From Longimicrobiales bacterium (GTDB taxonomy: Bacteria; Gemmatimonadota; Gemmatimonadetes; Longimicrobiales; Gaopeijiaceae), in contig OZ241869.1 in assembly GCA_965202805.1 (NCBI GenBank), positions 3,008,001 through 3,072,000 of the forward strand: DNA of 64,000 bases, given 5' to 3'. The position numbers were made by a program, and so were the translations under genes. Under the pieces are notes generated by a model, which was not told the origin of the DNA, ran no database searches, and worked only from the letters and a program-made list of their open reading frames with translations. Numbering within the stretch: the first letter of the stretch is position 1; every line of letters starts with the position of its first letter. Below are positions 52,614 to 61,509 of the stretch, one piece after another.

Positions 52614-54382
52614 CGTTCGACATCGCGTTCGTGCTGGGTCTGACCCTGGCGGCGCTGGTCCTGTTCGCCCTCGACAAGGTGCGGGTGGACCAGGTCGCGC
52701 TGGCGGTCCCGGTCGTCCTCCTTCTCACAGGCATCCTCACGCCGACCGAAGCGGTGTCGGGTCTGTCCAGCCGCGCGACCGTTACGGTCGGCTCGATGCT
52801 CGTGCTCGGCCTGGGGCTCCGAAAGACCGGTCTCGTCGCGGCCATCGGCGCGTGGGCGCAGACCGCGCCTCTCGGCGGCAAGTACGCGCGCATGTTCGCG
52901 CTCTGCCTCATCTGTGCGCTGCTCTCTCCCTTTCTCATGACCACCGCCGTCGTGCTGGTCTTCCTGCCCGTTTTCGTCGCGCTCGCCGAGCAGGCCGAGG
53001 AGCCGGCCTCGAGGTATCTCATGCCGCTCTCCTTCGTCTCGATCCTCGGCGGCACGGTCACGCTGATGGGGACGACCACCAACCTGGTCGTGCACGGCGA
53101 GGCGATGAGGCGGGGGTTCGACGAGCTCGGCATGTTCTCGATCACCCCGCTGGGCCTGATCAGTCTCGCCGTGGGTCTGCTGTATCTGTTCACCGCCGGC
53201 CGGGTGCTGCTGCCGCGGCGCTTCCGGCCGCCGGACCTGTCCGCCAAGTACGACGTCCGCCGCTTCGTCACGGAATTGCACGTCCCGGAGAACTCGCCCG
53301 CGAACGGCCGCTCGCTGGCCCAGTTGAGGTGGGGGGAACGCTATGGCGTCACGGTGCTGGACATCGAACGGGGCGAGGAAGAGATCGCCGCGCCGCACGG
53401 AGATCGCCGCATTCGGCCGGGCGACATCCTGTACGTGCAGGGACCCGCGGAGCGCCTCCTGGAGCTGGCGCGCCGACAGCGACTCCGGACCCCGAGGGAA
53501 CGGAAGGAACATGACCTGGCGGCCGGGCGCGGTCGGCTGGTCGAGGTCCTCGTGGCGCCCGGATCGAATCTCGTCGGCCGGACGCTCCGACATCTGAACT
53601 TCGCGCAACGCTACGACGCGGCGGTGATCGCCATACAGCAACACGGTGTCACCGTACGGGAAAGGCTGGCGGAAATCTCGTTCCGCGTCGGCGATCTGCT
53701 CCTCGTGCGCGGAACCACGAGCTCGCTCCAGCGCCTCGCCGACGATCCCGGGTTCGTCCCCCTGGCGGAAGTGAAGGCGGAGACCGGGAACAGACCGCGC
53801 GCCGGCGTGGCCGCAGCGATCATGGCCGGCGTCGTGCTCAGCGCCAGCTTCGGCGTGCTCGACATCATGACGGCCGCGCTCACCGGCGTGGTCCTCATGG
53901 TGTTCACGCGCTGTGTGCACGTCGAGGAGATCTACGGGGAGGTGGAATGGCTGGTCATCTTCGTGCTGGCGGGTCTGATCCCGCTCGGCCTGGCGCTCGA
54001 GACGACCGGGGCGGCGGAGTTGCTCGCGGGGTGGGTGGTGACCGTCACGTCGCCGCTCGGAGAGATCGGGCTCATCGCGGCCTTCTACCTGATGACCGCC
54101 ATCATGACCGCCGTCGTGTCCAACGCGGCGACGGCCGTGATGCTCACCCCGGTCGCGATCTTCGCGGCCACGCAGGGCGGCGTGAACCCGTACGCGCTGC
54201 TGATCGCCGTCATGTTCGGGGCGTCGGCCTCCTTCGTCACGCCCTTCGGCTATCAGACCAACGTCATCATCTACGGGCCGGGCGGGTATCGGTTCATGGA
54301 CTTCGTGAAGGTCGGCGGCCTGCTCAACCTCATCCTCCTGGTCACGGCCACCCTCTTCATCCCCCTCTTCTGGCCCAGCTAG
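52610..54382 (+). CDS. SLC13/CitMHS-family permease with two TrkA-C (RCK_C) domains
   Basis: LGGTVTLMGTTTNL, SNAATAV, ASFVTPFGYQTN..YGPGGYRF.DF. Confidence 0.9.
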   Translation: MTFDIAFVLGLTLAALVLFALDKVRVDQVALAVPVVLLLTGILTPTEAVSGLSSRATVTVGSMLVLGLGLRKTGLVAAIGAWAQTAPLGGKYARMFALCLICALLSPFLMTTAVVLVFLPVFVALAEQAEEPASRYLMPLSFVSILGGTVTLMGTTTNLVVHGEAMRRGFDELGMFSITPLGLISLAVGLLYLFTAGRVLLPRRFRPPDLSAKYDVRRFVTELHVPENSPANGRSLAQLRWGERYGVTVLDIERGEEEIAAPHGDRRIRPGDILYVQGPAERLLELARRQRLRTPRERKEHDLAAGRGRLVEVLVAPGSNLVGRTLRHLNFAQRYDAAVIAIQQHGVTVRERLAEISFRVGDLLLVRGTTSSLQRLADDPGFVPLAEVKAETGNRPRAGVAAAIMAGVVLSASFGVLDIMTAALTGVVLMVFTRCVHVEEIYGEVEWLVIFVLAGLIPLGLALETTGAAELLAGWVVTVTSPLGEIGLIAAFYLMTAIMTAVVSNAATAVMLTPVAIFAATQGGVNPYALLIAVMFGASASFVTPFGYQTNVIIYGPGGYRFMDFVKVGGLLNLILLVTATLFIPLFWPS

Positions 54383-54416
54383 AGATTCCCATCTTCCGGC
54401 CCGGCTGGTCCGGCGC

Positions 54417-55958
54417 TCAGAATGACAGCGTGGTCTGCACGAAGGTGTAGGTTGCGTCACTCCTGGCCGCGTTCTTCATCAGCTCGCCCGCGGTGAGTCG
54501 CACCACGCCCGCTTCGAGACGGGCACGGGCCGCAACCACATCCCACGCGGCGATGAGTTCCCACTGGGTGCCGATGTGTCGGGCTGACCTTCCGCCGGTG
54601 TTTGCCAGGCCCGCCGTCGTCCACTCGTCCGCGGAGGACGCCAGCCAGTAGCCGCGCGCGGAACCCGTCACGTTCACGTCGGGCCGGGGCGCCAGCGTCA
54701 GTCGCACGCCGGGGGTCGACAGGTTGGAGCGAGCGAAGGGGCCGTGAATGCCGCTGGGTCCGAATTCGAACGAGCGCGACCCGTACAGGCTGCTGAATCG
54801 GTTGTTGCGGCCGTCCGTCGGATCACGGTCGCCGCTGGCATGGTCGAACTGAAGCTGCAACCGGGGCGTGCCCGGCGCCGCAAAGGTATACCCTGCGGCG
54901 ACGTGCTGAAGATGGGCGACGTGCGTCAGGTCGACTGTAGCGGCACGCGAGGCGCGGGATCGGCCGAACTGGAACGCGGACTCGAACTCGTAGTCGAAGC
55001 CGGCTATGGCCGCGGGACGGTGGAGGCGGACTCCGATGGTGTGAAGATGCCGGTCGGCGGTGGCCCGTCCGGGAGCATCCGCCTCGCTCAGGCCATAGTA
55101 GTAGACCTCGCCCCGGTCATCCCATGGGAGAACGGCGCTTGAGAGATGTACGCCCCAGAAGCGCAGCCCGAACCGTTCCCCGTCGAGCCGTGGGCGATTG
55201 TCGAGCACGTCCCCGGATACACGTCGCTCCAGCGGCAGCGTGTAGAACGCGCGCACCCCGCTGTCGTTCGGACTCGTCCACTGCCACTCGATCCCGGTGA
55301 AGCCGTCGGACGTGTTGCGGAATCGATTGCGCGAGACCAGGCGTCGGCTGCCGACATCCATCGTGAGGCGTCCTGCGCGCAGGACGCTCCGGCTTCCCCG
55401 CAGCGCGAGGTCGTCGAGCGGGATCTCGACGAGGGCCTGCAGCGGCTCCAGCGGGTTGACCATGGCGGTCGTCACAGCCGTCACGGAATCCGCCAGATGG
55501 GCCCGGGAGTCCTGCAGCTCGGCCCGCAGCCTGAAGTGTCCAAGGTCCAGCTCCGCCGAGAGCCGGGTGCGGTGCATCAGCGCGCTTGCGACGCCGTCGA
55601 GACCGGCGCGGAACTGCCTGCTCAGGCGCTCGTGCCGGGTGCGGTGGTCTCCCGACAGCGAGAATGCCGGTATCCGGCCCACCGGATCGTCCGCCTGTCG
55701 GGGTGGTGGCGTTCCCGACATCGGCCCGCCGCAGCCGAAGCTGGCCACCAGGATGGGAACTGCCTGCAACAGGGGCAAAACGCCCGATCTTCGGGTGATG
55801 CCTGGCTGCGGGGCTCGGTGGTGGAGTGGAGTACTGCCCCGTATACTCGTTGTTGTAGTCATGGCCTGCATAAGCGATGGATCCGCTGGCGCGAGCCCTC
55901 CTCTGGTGAGGCAGGGGGAAGTCGAGCCAACGGTGACGAAGTCGCGTTTCACCGGCAA
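54417..55958 (-). CDS. Alginate export (AlgE-like) outer-membrane beta-barrel; start uncertain
   Basis: ELQDSR, AGR..D.GSRRLVSRN.FRN, ASGDRDPTDG, C-terminal Phe. Confidence 0.72.
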   Translation of the reverse strand: MPVKRDFVTVGSTSPCLTRGGLAPADPSLMQAMTTTTSIRGSTPLHHRAPQPGITRRSGVLPLLQAVPILVASFGCGGPMSGTPPPRQADDPVGRIPAFSLSGDHRTRHERLSRQFRAGLDGVASALMHRTRLSAELDLGHFRLRAELQDSRAHLADSVTAVTTAMVNPLEPLQALVEIPLDDLALRGSRSVLRAGRLTMDVGSRRLVSRNRFRNTSDGFTGIEWQWTSPNDSGVRAFYTLPLERRVSGDVLDNRPRLDGERFGLRFWGVHLSSAVLPWDDRGEVYYYGLSEADAPGRATADRHLHTIGVRLHRPAAIAGFDYEFESAFQFGRSRASRAATVDLTHVAHLQHVAAGYTFAAPGTPRLQLQFDHASGDRDPTDGRNNRFSSLYGSRSFEFGPSGIHGPFARSNLSTPGVRLTLAPRPDVNVTGSARGYWLASSADEWTTAGLANTGGRSARHIGTQWELIAAWDVVAARARLEAGVVRLTAGELMKNAARSDATYTFVQTTLSF

Positions 55959-55996
55959 GCCCAGTAACTGGAGCTGCTGAACACGGAGGTAGTGAG

Positions 55997-56677
55997 ATGG
56001 AAATGGACTGGAACGCGATACTGCTGGATCCGATCCGCGGCTTCTTTGGCCAGTTGGTTGGCTTCCTGCCCAACCTGTTGGCCGTGTTGGCGATTCTCGT
56101 CGGCGGCTGGATCGTCGCCAGGGTCATCCAGGTGGTGCTCGCGCGGCTTCTCGAGGCGGTCAAGGCGGACAGCCTGGCGGAGAGAGTGCAGTTCGCGGAG
56201 ATGTTGGCCAGAGGCGGCATCGAGCGCACCTTTTCCCAGCTGGTCGCAGCCATGGCGTATTGGATCGTCATGCTCGTCGTGCTGGTGGCGGCTCTGAACG
56301 CGCTCCAACTCACCGCCACCGCCGAACTGCTTCAACGGCTCGTCGGGTTCCTCCCCACCATCGTGACGGCGATCGTGGTCGTGATTCTCGGAATCCTGGC
56401 TGCCGGTTTTCTGGCAGCGACGGTCCGCACCGTGGCCAGCAACGCCGGCATCGCTCAGGCTCCGGTCCTGGGGCAGTTCGCCCAAGCCACCGTCATCATC
56501 TTCTCCGTAGTGGTGGCCCTGCAACAGCTTCAGGTCCAGTTCGTGGGCGACGCCTTTCTGATTGTGCTCGGAGCCATCAGCTTCGGGTTGGCCCTGGCGT
56601 TCGGGCTGGGCTGCAAGGACCTGGTGGGCCGCTGGACCAGCGATCTGGTCGATCGCCTGTCGTCCCGCGCGGAGTAG
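55997..56677 (+). CDS. Conserved TM-helix repeat protein (MscS/CmpX N-terminal-like)
   Basis: Two FLPN/TI..A..I...G repeats, GLALAFGLG.KD; GGAGG RBS. Confidence 0.75.
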   Translation: MEMDWNAILLDPIRGFFGQLVGFLPNLLAVLAILVGGWIVARVIQVVLARLLEAVKADSLAERVQFAEMLARGGIERTFSQLVAAMAYWIVMLVVLVAALNALQLTATAELLQRLVGFLPTIVTAIVVVILGILAAGFLAATVRTVASNAGIAQAPVLGQFAQATVIIFSVVVALQQLQVQFVGDAFLIVLGAISFGLALAFGLGCKDLVGRWTSDLVDRLSSRAE

Positions 56678-56786
56678 GTCCCGAGCGCGGGGTTCTCGGC
56701 CGACTGCACCTCGGGGCTCGCGAAGCGCACCCCTTCATTCCCTGCGCGGGCTTCCTGGACAACCCTAAGGGCAATGATGTCGCTCC

Positions 56787-58808
56787 TCATCGCGACAACT
56801 CGACCGCCCGCACCCGACCCGCCACCCGGAGCCCCTCGATTCGGGCCCGGACGGAGGCCTGGGCGCCATCGCCTCCCTCTTCGGTGATGGTGTCCCCTTC
56901 CATGCCGCGGGCGACGAACGCGGGCAGCCGGGAGCCGATGCGGAGTCCGTGCCAGGGACACGCGTTGACGAACTCCTCGATGGCGCCGAGCGCGAACAGC
57001 GGCCCCCAGCTCTGGAAGCGGCGTCCCCGCCCCCGGCCGTTGCGCGCGTCGAAGTTCTCGCGGCAGAACCCGGTGCGCCGGCGTTCGGCCAGGAACATGA
57101 GCGCCCCCTTCCAGGCGAGTTCGCCGGCGAGTTCGTCGAACCCGTAGCGGCGCAGTCCCTGCAGGACGAGGTAGTTCATGGGCGGCCAGATGGAGCCACG
57201 CCAGTACTGCTGGTCGTCGAACGCGGGGTCGTCGCGCGAGATCGTGGGCAGCACCCATTCTCCCTGGAAGCGCGCGGGATCGCGCAGCACCCCGACCATG
57301 CGCCGCGCCTGACGGGGCGACGGCACGCCGGCGATCAGGGGGAGGAAGTTGGACGCCGCCACGCGCGATGACCGACCCGCGGGCAGTTCGTCCAGGTAGA
57401 GGCCGGCAGTGTCGCACCAGAGCACCTCGTTCATCGTTGCGACCAGGCGGCGGCGCTCTGCCTCCAGGCGGCGCTCGGCGGCCGCGTCGCCGAGGATGCC
57501 GGCGATCCGGGACAGGCACTCCAGGTCGAGGGCGCGGTAGCTGCACAGGTCGACGGCGGACATGGCGAGGACCTCCCGGCCGGGATCCCACCGCGCCTCC
57601 TCCCACAGCGGCAGGTCGTCCTGGCCCGATTCCCAGGCGGCGCGCCGATGGCCGCTCGCGCCCACCTCCCACGCCGGCAGCCGCTCCGGCCCCGGAACCA
57701 GCGACGAGTCCGAGCCCCACGCGAGCAGTCCCGGCGTGAGCCCCTCCCGCCGCGGGCGTCCGCGCTTGTCGGCCACCCACCAGTCGCTCCACGCCCGGAG
57801 CCCGGGCCAGGCGGCGGCCAGCGCGTCCTCGTCAGGGCATGTGAGATGCAGCTTCAGCGCCGCGAAAGACCCGACGGGAGGCTGGGAGCGGTCGGGCGTG
57901 CCGCCGCGCCGGCTCCTCCAGTTGGGCACGTTCCCGTTCGGGTAGCGCGACTCGAGACCGGCGAGCAGGGCGTCCCAGGCCAGGCGCCCCGACGCGGTGG
58001 CGAGCGCGAGGGCGTTGAAGAAGGAATCCCATCCGAAGACCGTCCAGTCGTCGGGAGCGGATGCGCCGTCCCCCGGCTTCGGGAAGATCCAGCGGCGGCC
58101 GGCCGGTGCGTACAGGCGGCCGGTTTCCGGCTGCAGGAGGACGGTCCACATCAGGTTGTCCGTGACGGCTTCCACGAGTCCCTCCGCGGCCCCGGATGAA
58201 CGCGGCCGGCGGCGGCTCCAGTCGGCGCGCGCGCCGTCGATCCGGCGGTCCAGCCCGGAGAGAAGGAGTTGGGCACGGGCCAGGGCGGCCGAGGCGGGCC
58301 GGTTGGGATTGGCCGCCGCGGCGGATCGGAACCGCGCCTCTCCCGGCTCCCAGGCGACCACCGTGGCCGCGCGTCCATCGCTCCGAGCCTCGAAGGCGGC
58401 GGCGATCTCCACGCTTCCGAGCGCCGCGCGCCAGCCGTCCGGCGCCTTCTGCCACCGAGCCTTCCATCCCCATGGAGCGTCACCCACCAGCGCCAGCCGT
58501 CCCGGCGCGCGCGCCACCGCCCGCAGCGCCACGGCGTCTTCGCGGCGGGACCACTCCAGGATCAGCGTGCTCTCCCCCGGGCGGGACGATGGCGACGGCT
58601 CGGTGGCGAGGTCGAACTCCATGCGGGCGTAGCTTCCGTCCGGCGCGTGGGGGCCGACGCGGGAGACCATCCAGTACCAGTCCTCCAGGTCCCGGCGCTC
58701 GCCGTCGGGGGTCGTGAAGACGAGGCGGAGACCGATGCCCTCGCCGGTTCCGGCCGCGAACACGAGGCCGGCCCATCGGCGCGCCTCGAGGGCCCCGACG
58801 CGCGCCAC
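56787..58808 (-). CDS. MGH1/GH63-like (alpha/alpha)6 glycoside hydrolase
   Basis: FGWDSFF, RSQPPV, WESGQDD, YWRGSIW..MNY, ENF; GTG start inferred. Confidence 0.8.
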   Translation of the reverse strand: MARVGALEARRWAGLVFAAGTGEGIGLRLVFTTPDGERRDLEDWYWMVSRVGPHAPDGSYARMEFDLATEPSPSSRPGESTLILEWSRREDAVALRAVARAPGRLALVGDAPWGWKARWQKAPDGWRAALGSVEIAAAFEARSDGRAATVVAWEPGEARFRSAAAANPNRPASAALARAQLLLSGLDRRIDGARADWSRRRPRSSGAAEGLVEAVTDNLMWTVLLQPETGRLYAPAGRRWIFPKPGDGASAPDDWTVFGWDSFFNALALATASGRLAWDALLAGLESRYPNGNVPNWRSRRGGTPDRSQPPVGSFAALKLHLTCPDEDALAAAWPGLRAWSDWWVADKRGRPRREGLTPGLLAWGSDSSLVPGPERLPAWEVGASGHRRAAWESGQDDLPLWEEARWDPGREVLAMSAVDLCSYRALDLECLSRIAGILGDAAAERRLEAERRRLVATMNEVLWCDTAGLYLDELPAGRSSRVAASNFLPLIAGVPSPRQARRMVGVLRDPARFQGEWVLPTISRDDPAFDDQQYWRGSIWPPMNYLVLQGLRRYGFDELAGELAWKGALMFLAERRRTGFCRENFDARNGRGRGRRFQSWGPLFALGAIEEFVNACPWHGLRIGSRLPAFVARGMEGDTITEEGGDGAQASVRARIEGLRVAGRVRAVELSR

Positions 58809-58809
58809 G

Positions 58810-59631
58810 CTACCGGATCCCCTCCAGCTGGATCCCGCGCACGAAGTACCGCTGGGTGAACAGAAACAGGAGCGCGATGGGCAGGACCGCGGCGACGCCG
58901 GCCGCCATCTGGTAGGGCCAGTTGATTTCGTACGTCGAATGGAAGGCGGCGATCCCCACCTCGACCACCCGCATTTCCATGGACCGGGTGACCAGCAGCG
59001 GCCACAGCAGGTTCTTCCACGCATCGACGAACGCGAACAGCGCGAGCGTGGCCACGGCAGGCTTCGCCAGCGGCAGGGCGACGCTCCAGAAGATGCGCAG
59101 ATGCCCCGCGCCGTCCACGCGCGCGGCGTCCTCCAGTTCCCGCGGCACCGTCCGAAAGTACTGGCGCATGAGGAAGATGCCCCACACCGAGACCAGTTCG
59201 GTGGAGATGAGCCCCTGGTAGGTGTCGATCCAGTCGAGGGCGTCGATCACGAGGAAGCGGGGGATGAGGACGACGACCGCCGGAACCATCATCGTCGAGA
59301 GAAAGAGCATGAAGAGCCCGTTCCGGCCCGGAAAGTCGATGCGCGCGAAGGCGTATCCCGCGGTGGCCGAGGTGGCGACCTGGCCCGCCGCCACCGCCGT
59401 CGCGAACACCAGCGAGTTGAGGAAGTAGCGCCCGAAGGGCTGCACCGTCAGCGCCTCGGGATAGTTGGACCACCGGGGCGCCTTCGGCAGGATGCCCCCG
59501 CCGGAGAACACTTCGAGCTGCCCCATCAGGCTCGTCAGCCCCATCCACAGGAAGGGCGACGCCATGACGAGGCATGCCGCGGCGAGCAGCAGCCCGCGCG
59601 CCATCCGGGGCGCGACGCGGTGGTCAGCCAT
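58810..59631 (-). CDS. Carbohydrate ABC transporter permease (MalG-like)
   Basis: NYPEAL, AGYAFAR, ELEDAARVDGA EAA loop, QRYFVRGI. Confidence 0.92.
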   Translation of the reverse strand: MADHRVAPRMARGLLLAAACLVMASPFLWMGLTSLMGQLEVFSGGGILPKAPRWSNYPEALTVQPFGRYFLNSLVFATAVAAGQVATSATAGYAFARIDFPGRNGLFMLFLSTMMVPAVVVLIPRFLVIDALDWIDTYQGLISTELVSVWGIFLMRQYFRTVPRELEDAARVDGAGHLRIFWSVALPLAKPAVATLALFAFVDAWKNLLWPLLVTRSMEMRVVEVGIAAFHSTYEINWPYQMAAGVAAVLPIALLFLFTQRYFVRGIQLEGIR

Positions 59632-59677
59632 GCGCCCCGTACTCAGCCATGCGCCCCGCGCTCAGCCATGGGCCCGG
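59624..59677 (-). repeat. 3 x 19-bp tandem repeat of a start/stop junction (GGGGCGCATGGCTGA on the minus strand)
   Basis: TCAGCCATG(C/G)GCCC on the plus strand at 59624, 59643 and 59662. Confidence 0.9.
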
Positions 59678-61509
59678 CGCGCATCGAGGAAGCGGAAATG
59701 CAGCCAGGTGGCGGCGAACACGAGGGCGAACAGCAGCCAGCTCATCGCGGCCGCGTTGCCGAACTGCAGGAACTCCCACGCCTCCCGGTAGATGTGATAG
59801 ACGGCGACATCGGTGGCCCCCAGCGGGCCGCCCTCGGTCATCACGTAGACGAGCCCGAAGACCTGGAAGGACCCGATGATCGACGTGACCAGCACGAAGA
59901 ACAGGGTGTGGCGCAGGCCGGGCAGCGTGATGTGGCGGAAGCGCTGCCACGGCCCCGCGCCGTCGACCCGGGCCGCGTCGTACCAGTCGCGCGGGATGGC
60001 GGCGAGGCCCGCCTGAAAGACCACCATCTGATAGCCCACGACCATCCAGATGCCGATGATCATGAGGCTTACGAGCGCGGTGTCGGGCGAGGTGAGCCAC
60101 GCGACGGACTCGAGCCCCGCGCGCTCGAGGACCCGGTTAAGCAGCCCGTACTGGTCGCTCAGCAGCCACTTCCACACGACCGCGATCGCCGCAACGCTGG
60201 TGATGGCGGGCAGGAACAGCGCGAGCCGGGCCCAGCGCAGCGCGCGGCGCGACCCCCGGGTGAGGAGCGCGAGGGCGAGAGCGAGGGCCATCGCGGCGGG
60301 CACGTGCAGCGTAAACACCGCCGTGTTTCCGATCGCCGACCACCACTCCGGGTTCGCGAGCAGCGCCGCGTAGTTGTCGAGGCCGCGGAAGAGAGGCGCG
60401 GGATCGATGAGACGCCATTCGTGCAGCGAGATCCACAGCGAGAAGAGGAGCGGCCCGAGCGTGAACGCGAGGATGAGGGCCGCCGCCGGCGCGAGAAGGC
60501 CCCACGCCGCCAGGGTTCGCCGCAGGGCGCGGGGGCGGGAGGCGAGTTGCGCGAGGTGGAGGGCCAGCGCCACCAGCAGGGCGGCGAGTGCGCCCGCGGC
60601 GGCCAGCGCGAGGGCGGGCGAGGCGGTGCGCTCGTATCCGAGGAGGGCGAGATGGATGTCGGCGGCTCGGGCGGCGTGCCAGGTGGCGCCGCTCGCCTCC
60701 AGGGTGTATGGCGGGCCCGCAGGTGTGTCTGCCAGGGCTGCGGTGGGCGCCGCAGGAGGCGTCGCCGCGCCTCGTTCGGGCGAGGCGGCGATGGCTGTTG
60801 CGACCGCGGCCGGCATGGTCCACTGCCCGTCCGGAGACTCCAGCGTGCTTTCCTCGGCCCACGGGAGCTGGGCGACCCGGGCCGCGCGGGTCGGATCAAC
60901 GCCGGCCGCCATGGCGAGTTCGACGGCGCGCGCGCCCCGGGCCACTCTGTCGGCGCTCAGCGACCTGAGTTCGCCATACGCCCACCGGTCGGCGGCGACC
61001 GCCGCCAGCGCGACGCAGCCGACGGAAAGGAGCGCGATGCCCACCGGGTAGCGCGAGCGCGTGGGCCCGTGGCGCCGGGCGCCCGCCCAGGCCGCGATGA
61101 GCGCCAGACCCGCCAGCGCGATGGCGGTGGCGGTTGCCGGGAAGGCGGTCGAGGCGCCGCCCTCGCGACGGGGCGCGACCGCGATCCAGACAGCGGGATC
61201 GAGCGCGCCGGCTTCGTAGGCATATGCCCCCGGCCCGGCGCCTCCGGCGTCCACGCCGAGAATCGAGGCCCGGTCGCCGAGCAGCCCGGCCACGGCATCG
61301 GCGCCGCCCCCTTCCTGCTCCCACAGCGCGGCCGCCATGCGCGCCTCGGCCTCCGCCGCGGCCTCCCGCGCGCTTTCCACCCGACCCGCGGCGATGGCCA
61401 GAACCAACCCGAGGCCGGCCGCCAGCGCGACCGCAGCGAGGGCGTCGAGGACCGGCTGGCGCACCCGCCCGCCGTCCTTGCGGTTCAGCAGGGCCTCGGC
61501 GCCGCTCAC
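59662..61509 (-). CDS. Carbohydrate ABC transporter permease (MalF-like) with long N-terminal extension
   Basis: GLDNY, GLLN, YDAARVDGAG..RF.HITLP, SFQVF, GGP; GTGA overlap with the SBP stop. Confidence 0.85.
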   Translation of the reverse strand: MSGAEALLNRKDGGRVRQPVLDALAAVALAAGLGLVLAIAAGRVESAREAAAEAEARMAAALWEQEGGGADAVAGLLGDRASILGVDAGGAGPGAYAYEAGALDPAVWIAVAPRREGGASTAFPATATAIALAGLALIAAWAGARRHGPTRSRYPVGIALLSVGCVALAAVAADRWAYGELRSLSADRVARGARAVELAMAAGVDPTRAARVAQLPWAEESTLESPDGQWTMPAAVATAIAASPERGAATPPAAPTAALADTPAGPPYTLEASGATWHAARAADIHLALLGYERTASPALALAAAGALAALLVALALHLAQLASRPRALRRTLAAWGLLAPAAALILAFTLGPLLFSLWISLHEWRLIDPAPLFRGLDNYAALLANPEWWSAIGNTAVFTLHVPAAMALALALALLTRGSRRALRWARLALFLPAITSVAAIAVVWKWLLSDQYGLLNRVLERAGLESVAWLTSPDTALVSLMIIGIWMVVGYQMVVFQAGLAAIPRDWYDAARVDGAGPWQRFRHITLPGLRHTLFFVLVTSIIGSFQVFGLVYVMTEGGPLGATDVAVYHIYREAWEFLQFGNAAAMSWLLFALVFAATWLHFRFLDARRAHG

